A stretch of 64,000 bases of DNA from Lama glama (taxonomy: Eukaryota), in contig CM052817.1 in NCBI GenBank assembly GCA_028534125.1, forward strand, positions 11,596,001-11,660,000, read 5' to 3'. The position numbers were made by a program, and so were the translations under genes. This document shows, one piece after another, positions 49,481 through 63,836 of the stretch. Position 1 is the stretch's first letter, and each line of letters starts with the position of its first letter. The notes below the pieces were generated by a model. The model ran no database searches. It worked only from the letters and a program-made list of their open reading frames with translations, and was not told the DNA's origin.

Positions 49481-52400
49481 TCTTAGTATTTTTGATTGTG
49501 ACCTTCCTATGATCTTTCTCCTTTCCTCCCAGAGCAGACATATGGGGACCTTTGCTAAAGGGTTCAAAGGCTTGGGTATCCATGCTGAGTAAAGAAAGAA
49601 AATTGGACTGACCCAAATGAAAGTGCGTAGCACATGTATCTTGTCGGTTTTTCTACCTCTTGTTTCCCTTTGGGATAATTTCAAGTCTTTGTACTGATAT
49701 CTCCTCATCATTAGTATGAATTTGTGAGGTCTGGGATGTGTAGTTCTGTGCCTGTCTCCTCCCTGGATGAAATGGGCAAAATCACTTTCATCTCGTATTG
49801 TGGGGACATTCTCCTTATTCCTGCCACATATACAGACCTTCAGTGACCTTGTTTCCTTTCACTGGGTCTTTGCATTTCCTGTTACCTCCAAAAGTATCTG
49901 TCCTTGAGCTGAATGCATTATACATAAATGTGAAGATGCCCCACCGGCTTATGTTAACAGCTTTATGTCATTTTTCATATTATTTATTCACTTCTTAATA
50001 TTGTCTAATTTATGTACTTTTTGTCTGCTAGCGTGCATTCTGCTAATATCTTTATTGAGCTGCCCTTAACAATACCTAGATCTGTTTCCTGTGATGAGGC
50101 AATTAATTTAGATTTATCAGTATATGAGAGCATTCTGCAATCTCCTCTCTAAAGCTCTTCTATCAAAGTAGGAATATGGGAGATAACACATTTAATTAAT
50201 AGACAAGATATTCATTTGTTCCTAAGGCCATCTATTCAAAAGGGAGATAAGCATTTTACAAGGTATAATTCTAATTATGGGATGAGTTTTAGTGGTATTT
50301 CTTTATAATGTATATAAGCATGGTATGACAATTTGAAATGATATTCCATAAAGCAATCCCATAAAGATGTGTTATGAATGAATCAGAGTCCGTCTATCTT
50401 TCTCTTTGCCTCTCGGTCACACACGTAATGGATATACATAAGTTCAGACACACCCTAAATTATAATAAACAAGAGTACCCACACTTGCCCCCTTACATGC
50501 ACTCACAGAACGCTACTGACCCAAGCTCAGTAGGGTAGGTGAGTTTTTCTACCCTTGCTGATAGATCTTTACTGACTTATCCATACCATTATTCCCACTA
50601 GTTGTGATCATCTTTGTTTGGACTGTCTTCTTCTCTCTCCTTATAGAGATCCTTTACCTCCTACAACCCAGATCAAATCCCATCTTTTCCACAAAGCCTG
50701 CCCTGATTAGTCCAGCCCACTCTGTTCTCTACCTTATTTCTATTCATATAGAATTCGTGGTCAGTGACATACAATTTGAAATTACAGTTATTATCTAATT
50801 GCTTTGAGTGAGATATGTTGCCTTGGTAAGATTAGGATCCCATGAAGAACTCTGATTAGATATATTCAACAGTGCTTGGAAGTGTAGGTTTTCACCAATT
50901 TTAGTTGCTTCCAATATGAAATATTAAAATCTTTCATATTCTTCATAAACATGTAATACAATGCTGGAACTGTAATTGATGTCAATAAATATTTCTTGGA
51001 GTAATGTATAGATAAGTAAAGACAATAATCTGTGTAAATCAGAAGGCTTAAAAAAATCAGAACATGTTTAGCGTGAGATAATTGTTTCTTCCTAGAACAG
51101 GAAGTTTTTCGTCAATGTAGTTTTCATGAAGCGACTTGTGGAGGAATAGCCTTTGAGGGTATTTGGAAAAAATGTATCTCCAAGGAGCTCTTAGAAAGTT
51201 GGCTTGAAGTCAACATTACTTCTGGGTTATCCTCAGCAGGGAGAAACTGACGAATGCAAAGTGCTGGATGACTCAAGGGCTGAGAAGCCGAGAGTAAAGA
51301 AGAGCTTGTGGATTTCTGCTCTGGTGTAAAGATTGTCTTCCTCAGTGGGTAGAGGAGTGCCTGACCCTGGTAGGGACTTAGTAAATGTTCATTGGATTAA
51401 TTTAGATATGTCAAGCAAGTTTTGTAATTTCTTCGTCTGTTGATGACGGATATTCATGCCGGACAATATGTCTGGAAGGAATTACATCAGCATAATGCAA
51501 AGCCCAAGACAGTCTTTGAAGAACCAGCTGGCTACATTTTTGGTTTTAAGCACTGATGTGCCCTATAGATTACTTTCGGGGGTCGAATGATTTCCTTTTT
51601 CAGTTTCAATACGAGTTAAGAACTTTATTAAAATGTGCCAGAACGGGACCTATCTCTCCCTATCACTTGTGATTCCTGTTTATTCCTCACATAATTTACC
51701 ATTTTGCCTAGAGAAAAGACTTCGAATGTGGGGAAGCTTATAACAGGTGTAGTGTATGTTCTTGTTTTTCCTAGTAGCAGATGGTGCTGAAAGAAGATCA
51801 TCTCTGTGGGGCCATTACAGGATAAAGCACAGGAATAAATAAGCACAATGATAGGTCTCAGCAAAGACAGCCAGGTCGCAGGGTTGGTCCCACATTTGGA
51901 AATTCTACATATACAATGAGCAGGTTTATCTGTAAGCTCAGAAAAGCCTATTTAAAGCTCTAGTACTTTACTTTTTGTTTTCCTCCATATAAAATTTTCT
52001 CCCACAATCAAACCACCTTGTTCTCATGTGAATTATAGGTAGTGTATTAAGAAGAATCTAAATAAAGTGAAATTCTTTGCAACAGTGCATTGTGCTAAAA
52101 GGGAAGAGGTCATTTTCCTTGGAGTTCTTCCCCAGCCCCAACAACCTCTGTTTTTATTTTAATGGATTTGATGGGACCTGGTCTTTGATCTTGGCCTCTT
52201 AAAAACCAAAGGAGCAAAGGAAGGTTAATTTCAGCAATTCTATCCTAATGCACCTCTGCTATTCTGCATGACGGACGCTGCATGAATGTAGTTCAACCTG
52301 GTACTGGAACAACAATTTAATTATTTTCTCTTGTGCAAAGGTAATTTTCATCTTTCCTGGAAAAAATATGAACCCCCATGGGTGTCAGTTACATATATAT

Positions 52401-54339
52401 TCAGATTTATATGTCTCTTCAGCAGACACACTTTTATATTGCTCATATTTAAACATGCATCTAAATTTGACAATGTCAGGGCAGTATATCAATAGGACCT
52501 GTGCTCATCTTCTTCCTCTCCTTGTTTGAATTTTATTTCTTAGTATCCCAGCCTCAGCAGTATTTGAGGAATATTGTTCCGTTGGCCTAATGCAATTTTT
52601 TCCACATGATGTATTCTTCGTCTGTCCCTTATCTTCCCTTCACTTGCTGACACCACTGTTTAGTCCATTTGGGGCTAAAATGCACTGGAAGAGAATACGT
52701 ACTATTTTAACATTCTGCCTGATTCTTGTTTGTTAGCAAGAGAATCTCTCTAGCAGTTTGGTTAAATGGCCTTTACCTCTTTTAAGAAAAAAAGCAAAGA
52801 ATTCTGTAATGTCTCTGACAAAAAGAGGTGGTGTGCACAGATACAAGCTTATCAAAAATAATAACACCTCCCGAAGCTCCTGAGTGTGTATACGTGTGTG
52901 CGCGTGCATGTGAGTTATACATGTAGTTGTGTATCCACAACTAGATTCATTTTTCTTATTTCTCAGAAGCATAATTATTGATGCTTTCTGAAATCTCATT
53001 ATGCATCTAGATCTAAGACCTACTGAAGTGCTTCCCTTCCTATATTAAAAAAGTCATATTTAATGTAAGTATTTAAAGTGTGGCTTTTGTGTGCCTAAAC
53101 TCTACATGAATATAGACGTTTAACTATGGTTAACCTCTGCAGTGCAAATCTCTGTGGGCCAGAGTGGGTTAATTTTTGATTGCCTGCTCTACCTGCATCC
53201 TCAGAGCATGCATGAGAAAGAACAAAAACAGACTGTCTTTGTGAAGTCACATGCATCTGCCTCTAAGTTTTAGTGTGGCGCATAAATGGCAACAAGAATT
53301 GAAGGAGAAAACAGAAGAGAGAGATTGTTCTTGAGCAGGGATTATTCCACTTTGAAGCTCTAAATTAATTATTTCTTCAGTTTTTGTGATTTTTCAAACA
53401 CGGGGAGCATGTATATGAGTGGTGGTGGGGTGTGCAGGGCAAAAGAGGACTAATAAATTTAACTAAATCTGAAGAAATCCTTTGTCATCTTCCTACCACT
53501 CCCCCACATTTGACTAAATTGCCAGATAACAATTACTAGGATATATACAAAATTAAGAGAATGATTTTTTTAGTCAAGGCTTTGTGTTTAATAGTAATGA
53601 ACATGTAGAGAAGACAAAGTTATTGTAATTCTGATCATATAGACTAAGCCTGTTAAATGAAAACAATACATTTTATAACCGAGAAACACATGAAAGAAAA
53701 TCTCTGCTTCAGTTGAACAACTTGATATGAATTCCTTTCATTGTTTGCCATGTCTCATTAGCGTTGGCTCCATTTCATAGGCAATATTTAATTATTGGCA
53801 TTTTTAATTTATCTTTTTTTTAATATTATCATCTTACCTCGAGTGCAATTATCCATTCCTGTCTAGTAGGAATAAATTTGCTCAGGAGTTACTGCAAGAT
53901 AAACACTGCTTAGAAACCATCATTTTTCTATTGTATTTGTCTAGTTAATAAAGGGAAGCATTTTGTTTTCCCCCGGTGACCACTTGTACTTTGTTCAGTA
54001 ATTAAGGAAGTGAGTTGATGCTTCTACATTTTAGCCTTTCTCTAACCTCTGCAGGTCTGTCTGGGATGCCAGCGCTGGTTGTGTTCTGGTGTCAGGTGGT
54101 TATGGAAAAGCTGGGGATGAAATCGGAGAGGATTCTAATAATAACACTTTAAATCAGTATCAATAATTTGATTAATATCAAATATATCAAATATATTCTG
54201 CCTGGAAGTAATCTGCAGGCTTCTTTTCAGCATGTAAGTTTCAGTTTTCAGAAACAGCTCCTCAGCCACAATGGAATGCTTTAAAAAATGCATGTCATCA
54301 CTGTATATTTTTATGTGTACATTTGGTCATAGGAGAAGC

Positions 54340-54570
54340 TGCATTTTGCTGTCAGATGAGAGTTTTAATCCTGGCTTTACTACTAATTAGCTACACTGTC
54401 TTAAGCAAATTATTTAGCCTCCTTAAGACTTTGCTTTCTCAGAATAAGGATGAAAATAACAATATTGTTTACTTCACAATATTAATGTGAGGGTGAAATG
54501 AGGCAGCGCATATGAGGCATTGTATGGTGCTAAACACATATTAAGAGTTCAATAAGTATTTTTATTATTA
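54340..54570 (+). mobile_element. MIR
   Basis: GTCAGATGAGAGTTTTAATCCTGGC...TTAAGCAAATTATTTAGCCT...GTTCAATAAGTATT. Confidence 0.7.
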
Positions 54571-57500
54571 CCATTGTTAAAGTGTATTTACGTATAGACT
54601 TGTGTGTTGAATTATAAAATTGTGGTGCTGATTTTTGGATGAAGTTCATGAAGTCATTCTGGTTATGTTTTTTTCATTTATCAGTATAAAGCTCAGTTAC
54701 AAGCAGTGCTCAAGTACACTTTCTTGTCCTGTTCTGCTTATGCTTCAAGTCTCCACCCAGAAGTTTCCTGTTCATGGAAGCTTCTCTTCACTCCACTTCC
54801 TCCAGCTAGGACCCTTTATTCTGTGTGGCACAGTGCTTGGAACCCATCTACAAGAAGACTTGGTCATTGCAAGTGCATTATAATCATTGCTTTCCACATC
54901 TTCCTCTCCAGAAGGTGAACTTCGTGTCTTGTTTATCTTGGCATCCCCCCTGCTTTGTGCACATGTAGTCATAGCAAGACATCAATAAAGGTTTCTTGTA
55001 TAAGTAAGTGAAAAAGAAAATGCTATTGTCTATGTATGCAAACAAATAATGATCTTTCAATGACGGTGTTCTTCCTTATGTTATTTTCCACTTTATTATC
55101 TTTAGCCATTTTTTTGTTTTTTTATTCGCGTCATCTTCAGAGCTTGTGACATATCCTTTTAAAAATGTAACATCATGCAGGATTAACAGAATTACATTTT
55201 ATTTCACTTAATCCCCCAAGATTCCATGACATAGCTATTTAGCTGAGTGGGGAAGCAAACTTTTCTGAAACCATTACATTTTTAACTGTTTCAGTTAGTA
55301 TGTTGACATGCCAACTGTTAAGGCTAAAATGAAGAGGCTAGAGAAAGTGACGTGAAAGTGAAATTGTCATCCAGGAGATCCAAGGACGGCACTGTTTACA
55401 GAATTTGATTCACTCCTTAACAGTACAATAGCACAGGTGCCAGAACTCCAGGTCAGACCCATGAACAGACTTGCTATTCCAAGTCCAGCTACATTCCTTC
55501 CTCTGGCCAGGGCTAGGTTTGGTTAGTTTGCTAGTCAACATCTAAGTCTCTGAGCAATCATGTACTTGGTCAAGATTGCACACACAGCATGAAATGCTTG
55601 TGATTCAAGCCAAGGTCTTTCTGACTCTAGTCAGAATGCAACATCCTCAAGGTGGGAGTCACCACTTCATTTGCTGGTGGTGTCAGTGTGGCCACTCTGC
55701 CATCATGCCTGACTGGCCACTGTCTGAAGAACCCATGTAATGCTGCATCACCGAGTCTGACCCAAGGAGACATAGCCCTACAGAGAGAGCCTCTACTCTC
55801 TTAGGTGGGAGGGTCAGCAGGGGCAGAAACAAGGTTGGGTAATAGGGCAGCAGTTGGGGAGCTGTCAGGGGTGCTGACCTAAAAAGGGACAAACGAGTCT
55901 GGAATAAATAAGCAAAATATAGTATTTTCTCTCTTGTCAAAATAGAGTGTGCGTTTATTTTTGTATACGTATGTGTGTGTGTTTATCACGATCTTTCTTC
56001 TCAGATTCAGTAGCAGTGACTTAAAAGTTTACAGACTTCAGCAAAAATTGTGAAACTAAAAAGGCACTCTTAATACCATTTACCAGGAATCAGAATTCTA
56101 TGTTATTATCTAAATTTCTAACCCTTAGGTATATGTCCTTAGAAGTTTCCTAATTTTCACCTTCCCAACAAATTTAAAAGGAAAACTGGAGCAAGAACAA
56201 GTGTTACACACAAGTGAGAGATGTTTCCTGCTCCCTGCCCCCCTCCCCACTTTTTCTCTGGCTATTGACTGCTTTGGCTGTGGTAGTAAATGAATGAATG
56301 AATATATTTCTTTAGGTAATTTTATTAATTAAAATGTTTCTCCTGATTCCACCAAATAACCAAATGAGTGGTTGCCTGGCACTTTATCCCTGACACGTGT
56401 ATGTTGGTGGTGGTGTTGAACGTGATGGGTTGGCTGGTGTTAAGGATTTGGGATCAGGTTGATAACTTTTCATTGTCAGCACTACAGGCACACTATTTTT
56501 TCAGCTCACCCGGATCACTGCACCCTCCCCCCACCATGCTCTACCATATATTGCGCCCTTTCCTGATCCTTAATTTCTTATGAGCAACTTTACACTTTCT
56601 GATTGGTAGGGCTCCATCATGGGCACAAAGACCCTGTGTCAGTATAATGTCCCCGTATAAACTTGGACTTCTTCAGCACTGCATTTTATCAAATTCCACA
56701 TATACCTTTAAATGTGATGTTATAAGATACGTATTTTTTTCTGGCCTGAATATTGAAGCTTGTTCCCTAGCTTAAAAAAATCTTACATGCCACTCGCAAA
56801 AGATTAAACACACTGTTTTAACTTCATGAAGGACTTGTAGGGTCTTTCCTCCATTATATATGATGCTGGAGTCTCTGGAAAAGCCTAGGGTCCTACTTAT
56901 AGAGTGTGGCCCAAATTAGGTAATTACTTGAGCCGTCTCTGTTCCAAATAATATATGAAACCAAGAAAAGGAAATTATTTGTTTTAACCATAGGTGAGTC
57001 TTTAATTCACGTACACATTGAGATTTGAAAGATTAACCTCCTTGAAAGTTCAAAAAAAAAAAAAACCTAATGGTAACTGATTAGACATCTCAACTTCAGG
57101 GAGAAAAACAAATGCTTGAGGGTAGATTTTATGTAATTTATGTAACTTTGATTATTAATACGTTAGATTTCCTTAAATAACTCATGAAGAACAGTTGAAA
57201 ACACCCTCTCTTTCCCAGAGAAAATTTCCTAGTTTGTGGAAGGACTTGGTAGATCTCTAACATATTGTAGGTGATATTTGTGTGACAGCAAAAATATGTG
57301 AAACTCTTTAATAGGTACATTATATTTTGAAAATTAACTGCAAATAAAGAATGATGATTCCTCAGCTGCTATTTTACTCTTATAGAGATAATATCAATGA
57401 TTATCATATTAAGAGCTAAAGTACAATATTCTGGGCTTAGCAGTGAGTTTATTTTTTTGCTTTTATTTAGCATTCCCTCATTTAACATTGTTTCACTTAT

Positions 57501-57674
57501 ATTATGGACTAGGCACATGAAACATAAAGATAATTGGGGCATGGCCCATATGCTCAAGTTGCTTATGAATCCAGTACGAGAGAGGAGAAAAATATCCGAA
57601 TAACTACAACACTAGCCAGAGCTTCATAAGCACAGTAGGAGAAGTACTGGGTTGTGGACAAGTTGGAGCTCTGA

Positions 57675-58390
57675 GAAACTGTATATGTTTGGAAGGATTT
57701 GGGAAGGCTTCTTGGAGATGGTGGACTTAGAACTAGGTCACAAAATATGGATAAGTCCTTGCCAGAGGCTGAAGGATGGGAAGAGCTAGGAGGGCATTTC
57801 AGGCAGAGGAAATGGTGGGAAACTGTTGTGGCAATGGATACTTTGTGGGGTAGTGTCTGCTGCCCAGGGCATGTGCATTTGAGAAGAGTAAGATACATAT
57901 AAGAGAGGAATGGGAAAAATGTCTGAAATTATAGGTTAGTCCCTGATCATGAAGGAACTTGACCACCATGGTTAATGAGTTTGAAATTTGTTCTGAGGGT
58001 GTGATCATGAGAAATGCCTACCCAGATGAGTAGCAGGAGAGGTCATGCTTCAGGAAGATTCCTCTGGTGGCGCATGCAGGTCTCCCACTAATGTTGGGAT
58101 AAAATCCCAAATCCTTAATGTGGCCTGCAAGCCCCTGTGAGATCTACTCTCTTCTGTGTCTGCAGTCTCCGCTTCAGGCACTCTTGGGTTCTTTAGCCTG
58201 GGGAGGAGGGTACCAATCTGCTTCCTGTATCTCGCACATGCCTCCGTAACCAGTTAGTATATACTTCTTTTACAACTTAGCTGTATGTCCCATCCTTAGA
58301 GAAAACATCCCAGATCACCAGGCATCTTTTCCTTTGTATTTATCACTTATCCCAGGGGTGGAATTTATAGTTATTGTGTCTCTTTGCCTG
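57675..58390. mobile_element. L2 fragments in opposite orientations
   Basis: GGGAAGGCTTCTTGGAG...CATTTCAGGCAGAGGAAA (-); GGATAAAATCCCAAATCCTTAATGTGGCCTGCAAGCCCCTG (+). Confidence 0.65.
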
Positions 58391-59794
58391 TTACAGATGA
58401 GAAAAGTGAGGCTCAGAAGATTTTCTTCCTCTCCTCCCAATAGAAGACCAAAGAAGGAGGAGAGCAAACTGGGGCTCTAAGAAGTATTTACCCCAGAATA
58501 AATAAAGGCAAACATATCCAGTATTTAGTTGATTTTTATGCAGTGACTTCTAGTTTGCAGTCCTTGGATTAGAAAGTATCAATTTGTCCTCTTCTATAGT
58601 AACTAAACATTATGAAGGTTTATAATTTTCATATTCACATGAATGTGATCTTATCTCACTTGACCTCATAACACTCTTGGGAAGTGTACAGAGTGGGCGT
58701 TACCCAGTTTTACAGATCATGCAGTCCAGGGCAGAGAAGTGACTGGCCCAAGGGCATGGCTATTTAATGATAAACTGGAACTTTAGTTTATCCCTTCTGT
58801 CTTTGAATCCTGGTCTTTTTGATTGAGTTATTTTTTCTCCCAAATATAATATCATGAAGAGAAATTAATCTAAGTGAAAAAAAATGCTGTGTAGTGTGTA
58901 GCATAAACATCCAGTATTCAATTAATGTATAGAAAAATGGTGGGAGAGCAGAGAGCCCACTAAAAGAATGGAGTGGAGTCAGATTAGGGCACTGATGCAC
59001 TTCCAACTTAGAGAGCAACATTTCTTTAAGTCAGTTTGAAAAATTGGCTAGGATTGGCTAGGAAAAAAGTATTTAAATCCTGCCTAAATGACCTCAATTT
59101 CTATTCTAATAAATTACTGGTCTTCTTTGCAATTAGTCATTCAGCTTGTCAACCATATGAGCAGAGGATTTATTTTCTGTTTCAGGCAGTTCTGTTGAGC
59201 AGATGGGCAGGCTGCCATCTTAGACCCTGGCTATGCTTCCAGGTAATATGGGAGGTGGGTGAGGGTGGAAGGGAGGGAGACAGAAGCTGGGATTATCATC
59301 TGAGACATTTTCTTACCGTTTAGCGGCTCTAAGTTGAGATTCAGGCTTTGTTCTAAAATCTAGTTTTAGATGCGTTGTTTGGAAGTTGGGAGACTTTCCC
59401 CTGTTGTTATGTCTGGCTCAAGGCCAGTTGGGCAGAGGAGAAACCAGAATGTGTGCAGGTTTAGTCCTCGAAAGCATCGAGGGAATGCTGCTTAGTTCAT
59501 CATCTGCAAGGCGGGATCTTGAGTGGCAGCCAGATTTAATTACTTGGAGGTCACTGGAAGGTGCTGTGATCTGAAGCAGGACAGGAGCTGCAGATCAGAG
59601 CCTGGGGAAACAGAGAAACAGGAGACCATAATGTAGGAAGAGGTGGAAAGGGAGTGATGACTGATCCTGCCAGAGGATGTTGCTCTTGCCCAGGATTACG
59701 TCACGGATTGTTGCAGGGATGAGCCTTCCTGCCCATGGGGCAAGTGTCTATGGGCAATGCATTCAAGATTTCCATTGACCTTTCCTTTTAGATT

Positions 59795-60390
59795 GACCTG
59801 CTAACTGGTCTCCCTGTTTCTACCCTTGTTTTGCTTCAGGAGTAGCTCAATATGGCAGAGTGATTCTGTTAAACTGTAAGTCATAGTCTGTCACTTCTTG
59901 GTTCAGAACCCTTAGATGGGTTCACATTTTATTCAGAGTAAAAGCCAGAATCCTCCAGATACTTACCCTCCTGCTCCTTACTTACAGGATCTTATCATCC
60001 ATTGATCTTACATCACTCGCTGGCTCTGGGCCTGCTGGCATCTTTGCAGCTACTCAAGTACACCAAGCGTATTCCCATTCCAGGGCCTTTGCACTCACTC
60101 TTTTCTCTTGCGTCCTCTTCTGCCCTGCATGAGTCTCTTCTTCATTACCTTCAAACCTTTGTGAGCAGTCTCCTTATCAGAGAGTTCTTTCCCAACCACG
60201 TTACTTAAAATTGTAACTCTTAATAATGTATTTATTGTATTTATTGTCTGCTCCCCCCTAATACAGAGTTCCACTAGGGCAGGGATTTTTGTCTGTTTTA
60301 AAATTTTTTATTTAGTAGCTCTTGTATCCCCAGTGCCTAGAATTATTCTAGACATATACTAGACATTTAACAACTATTCAGTACGTAAAT
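59795..60390 (+). mobile_element. L2 (L2a-like) 3' region
   Basis: CTAACTGGTCTCCCTG...CAGAGTAAAAGCC...CAGGGCCTTTGCAC...AGGGCAGGGATTTTTGTCTGTTTT...TGTATCCCCAGTGCCTAGAA. Confidence 0.85.
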
Positions 60391-60435
60391 AACTTTACAT
60401 TGAGCTGGGTTCTCTACTCTTTTTTTTTGTACATT

Positions 60436-60485
60436 CATCCATCCATCCATCCATCCATCTGTCCATCCGTCGACCGATCCATCCA
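60436..60485. repeat. Degenerate (CATC)n microsatellite
   Basis: Seen directly. Confidence 0.9.
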
Positions 60486-60589
60486 ATCATTATGACCCAA
60501 TTACTCATCACTTCCTCTGATACTATTTTCCCCTTTATTTATTATTTTTCAGTTTAATTTGCTTTCTTTTTGCTTCCTAATCAATACAA

Positions 60590-61010
60590 CTTGGTTCCCT
60601 CCTGAAAACCTTTGAACATGTTTTTCCCTTTGCCTGGAAATCTTTTCCTCCATGTCCTCTCATGTCACTCAGATCTCAGCTCAAATATCACCTCTTTAGA
60701 GAAGTCTTCCCTGACCATCCTGCCTAAATCCTCCCCTGTCCTCTATCCCAATCACTCTATTCACCATCATGTTACCTTACTTTAGTATCATGTTTGGGAT
60801 AAAATACCACCATTTGAGATTATCTTGTTCATGTATTTGCTTATTTGTTCACTGCCTCTCTCTCTGTCTCCTCCTCCTGCCTTGCCCCTTGGTAGAATGT
60901 AACTTCCGTTAGAGCAGAGATCCTGGTGGTTTTGTTTCCCATTGTGTACCCAGTGTCTGTACCAAAGCCCGGAGCATGTTTGATGCTTAATAAATATTTA
61001 TTGGTTGTAT
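60590..61010 (+). mobile_element. L2 (L2a/b-like) 3' region
   Basis: CAGATCTCAGCTCAAATATCACCTCTTTAGAGAAGTCTTCCCTGACC...GCTTAATAAATATTT. Confidence 0.85.
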
Positions 61011-61024
61011 GATTAGGCTTACAT

Positions 61025-61470
61025 TTCTTGGAGTTAAACTGTCTATACTGAAACCCCAGCTTCACCATTGACTATCTGTGACTCCTGGACAGTGTTTGAC
61101 TTTTCTATGCCTAAGTTTCTTATCTGTTTATGGGTATTGTAATAGTACATCTCTCATGTGATTGCTGTGGGCATTAGTGACAATGATGATAATAATAGTG
61201 ATAGCTACCATTAGTGAGCAGTTACTATAGACCAAGCTCTGTTTTAAACTCTACCTATATTTATTATTTAATCCTTATCACAGCCCTATGAAGTGGACAC
61301 TATTTTAATTCCCATATTTTAGATGACTCAAGTTCTGGAAAGGCAAATAACATGTAGTTACAAAGAGGTGGAAAAGCGATTGAAGCCAAGACAGTTTGGC
61401 TCAGAGCCTTTGCTTTTACGTGTGCTGAGGACATAGGAATCACTCAATAAACATCGGCCATTATTATTAT
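61025..61470. mobile_element. MIR (+) with a nested antisense MIR at about 61200-61415
   Basis: CTATCTGTGACTCCTGGACA; TTTAATCCTTATCACAGCCCTATGAAG...CCCATATTTTAGATGA; CACTCAATAAAC tail. Confidence 0.65.
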
Positions 61471-62299
61471 TAACTATGTATCATTTGCAGTGAATACACT
61501 GTAAATCATATTATTTTCCCAAATGTATCAGCTGTGAAATAGCAGCTTCAGATTAGCAAGAAAAGCAAGAAGAGATTCACATGGATGTTAGAGTATAATT
61601 CGAAAATATAAATCCTTTTGTTACATAGGGAGTAATTAAAATACATAAAAGGAATATATTACATTTAATTTTACAATTAAATTTATTGAAGATGTAACAT
61701 GTGCTATACTGTACTGGCAACTGACATCTGTTAAAACAAGCTAACAGAATGCTAGTTTGGCTTAGGTAATTCTGTGAAAGAGGTTCGATATCTGTGTTCT
61801 GGATAATTCCCCAATAAAAATATCTTGGCAAACTGCAACATACAGGCTTTCAGATTTGCTTTGAATAGTTAATACTGAGCTATAAATCCTCAAATGTCAA
61901 AAGAATATTGTTTTTGTTGTTGTTGTTCTGTACTTTGTAATTTGCATTATGGACATTTGTATACTTGTCAATATTTACTAAGCTGCAGTATTTTTTGAGG
62001 GCAGGTAGTATATTTTCTTAATTTTTTTCACACTGTATTTATGCCAGAGCCTTGCATTTTTCATAGGGAGTAAAAATTTTTTTACCACTCATAGATGGCT
62101 ATTGTTAACCTGTGCATATTTGGGTTTTATGTTTCATATTCAGGGAAATCATTTTTCCTGGAATTGGATGATGACATTGAGTGATTAAGTGTATATACAT
62201 GTTGACTGTAGTTTATAGGAGATACAGCACTTCTGCTCAAATGGGGGATTTGTGTTTAGACCTTCTGTCGGGGCAGTGGGTGTACCCAGTGAGATAATA

Positions 62300-62470
62300 A
62301 CAGAGTTTTACAGCTGGAAGGAACACTGGGACCCTATAATCCAATTTCTTCCTTTTACAGATGAGAAAACTGAGAATCAGGGAGAGTAAGTGACTTGTCT
62401 AGAGTAACACAGCTAGTTAGTACCAGAACTAGAGCTAGGCACAGGTGTTCTAATTCTCGTTTAACGCACT
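62300..62470 (-). mobile_element. MIR (MIR3/MIRc-like)
   Basis: TTTTACAGATGAGAAAACTGAG...TAAGTGACTTGTCTAGAGTAACACAGCTAGTTAGT. Confidence 0.8.
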
Positions 62471-63404
62471 GTCAGAGGGAAGGGATAATATGTTTTCCTA
62501 TCATGAACAGTAGAACTTAGAAAATCTAAATGAATGAACAGTTAATGTGCCCATTAGACAATCTATCTCAAAAACAAATGCATGTAGTAAAATCTTCAGA
62601 AGACTTTCAATTTAATCTGTTAATAAGAGTCTATGGTGAGTGGAGATAAATATTTTAGTTTTACTAAAAATAATAAATTTCTCTGATTAAAATAGTACAC
62701 ATTTTTTAGAAATTAGTGACATACGAAAAACCGTGAAACCAAAATAAGGGTCACCCACCATTTTGCCACTCTTAGACAATCATTGTTAATTTATGGATAT
62801 TTGGTTTCTGTATTTCATGTAATGTGTGTATATGAGTATATGCATGTGTGTAGAAAATATACAATTATATGTAGTATAGGTTATATCTAAGCATATATAT
62901 TACATATTATATCAATATAAACCTTTATTAATATATGTAACATATATTCTATAATTATATGTGTACATAATTAACATTTGCTTAATTGGGATCATATGAA
63001 GCATCATTTTAAAATTCAAAAATGTGTTGGAGAATGTTCTCTCTTTTCTTATCCTTTATCTGAGTTTGTTTAATTTTAGAATTACTTCACTATTTGGTAA
63101 AATTCACTTTGGGCATAATGATTTTTGTGGGGTATATTTTAAACTGCTAACTCACTTTCTTAAAAGTAGAGATTTATTTAGTATTTCTATTTTCTCCTGA
63201 ATCATTTTTGATATGTGATAGTTTTCAAATATATTGGCATGATTTTTTTCATAATATTCTTCTTTTGAAATCTGTTTTGTTTCTAGTGTTCCCCCATTTT
63301 CATTCCTAATATTTTTAAGTTTTTTCTTCTCACTTACCTTATTTAATTGTGGATCAGACTTGTCAGATGAAAGTCAGTTTTATTAGATGTTTCATAGCAC
63401 CAGC

Positions 63405-63836
63405 TCTGGTAGACATGGACCTGTGCCATCCAGATCCTTTTAGGACATCTTTGTTGCTCCAGCTACTGGAATTGCTAGCAGTGGTCAGCCTTCAGCTGTC
63501 AACACTTTCAGCCACAGGGAGCCTCAGCTATAGGGAACAACCTAGTCGAAGGTCACACCCTTATCTCGGGGCAGCTCACATTCAACGACTGATTGAGGCA
63601 AGGGTATGAAAACCAGCTATTTTGGTCCAGTGTGGAGCAATTTTAATAGGTCAGTTCGGCTTTAGAGTCCCCCACAGGGTCAACTGAGGCTCTTTGGCTT
63701 GTATTGCAAACTGTTTTCCCCCTCTGTTTCCTCTCCCTCTCTTTCACAGGTGTTAATCCTAAGAACACTTCCTGATAAACATCCTGAACACTAAACTGTC
63801 TCAGAATCAGTTTCTTGGAGAACCCAAACTTCAGAG
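63405..63836 (+). mobile_element. LTR16A-like 5' LTR
   Basis: CAGCCTTCAGCTGTCA, AAGGTCACACCCTT, CACAGGTGTTAATCCTAAG...AAACTGTCTCAGAATCAGTTTCTTGGAGAACCCAA. Confidence 0.8.
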
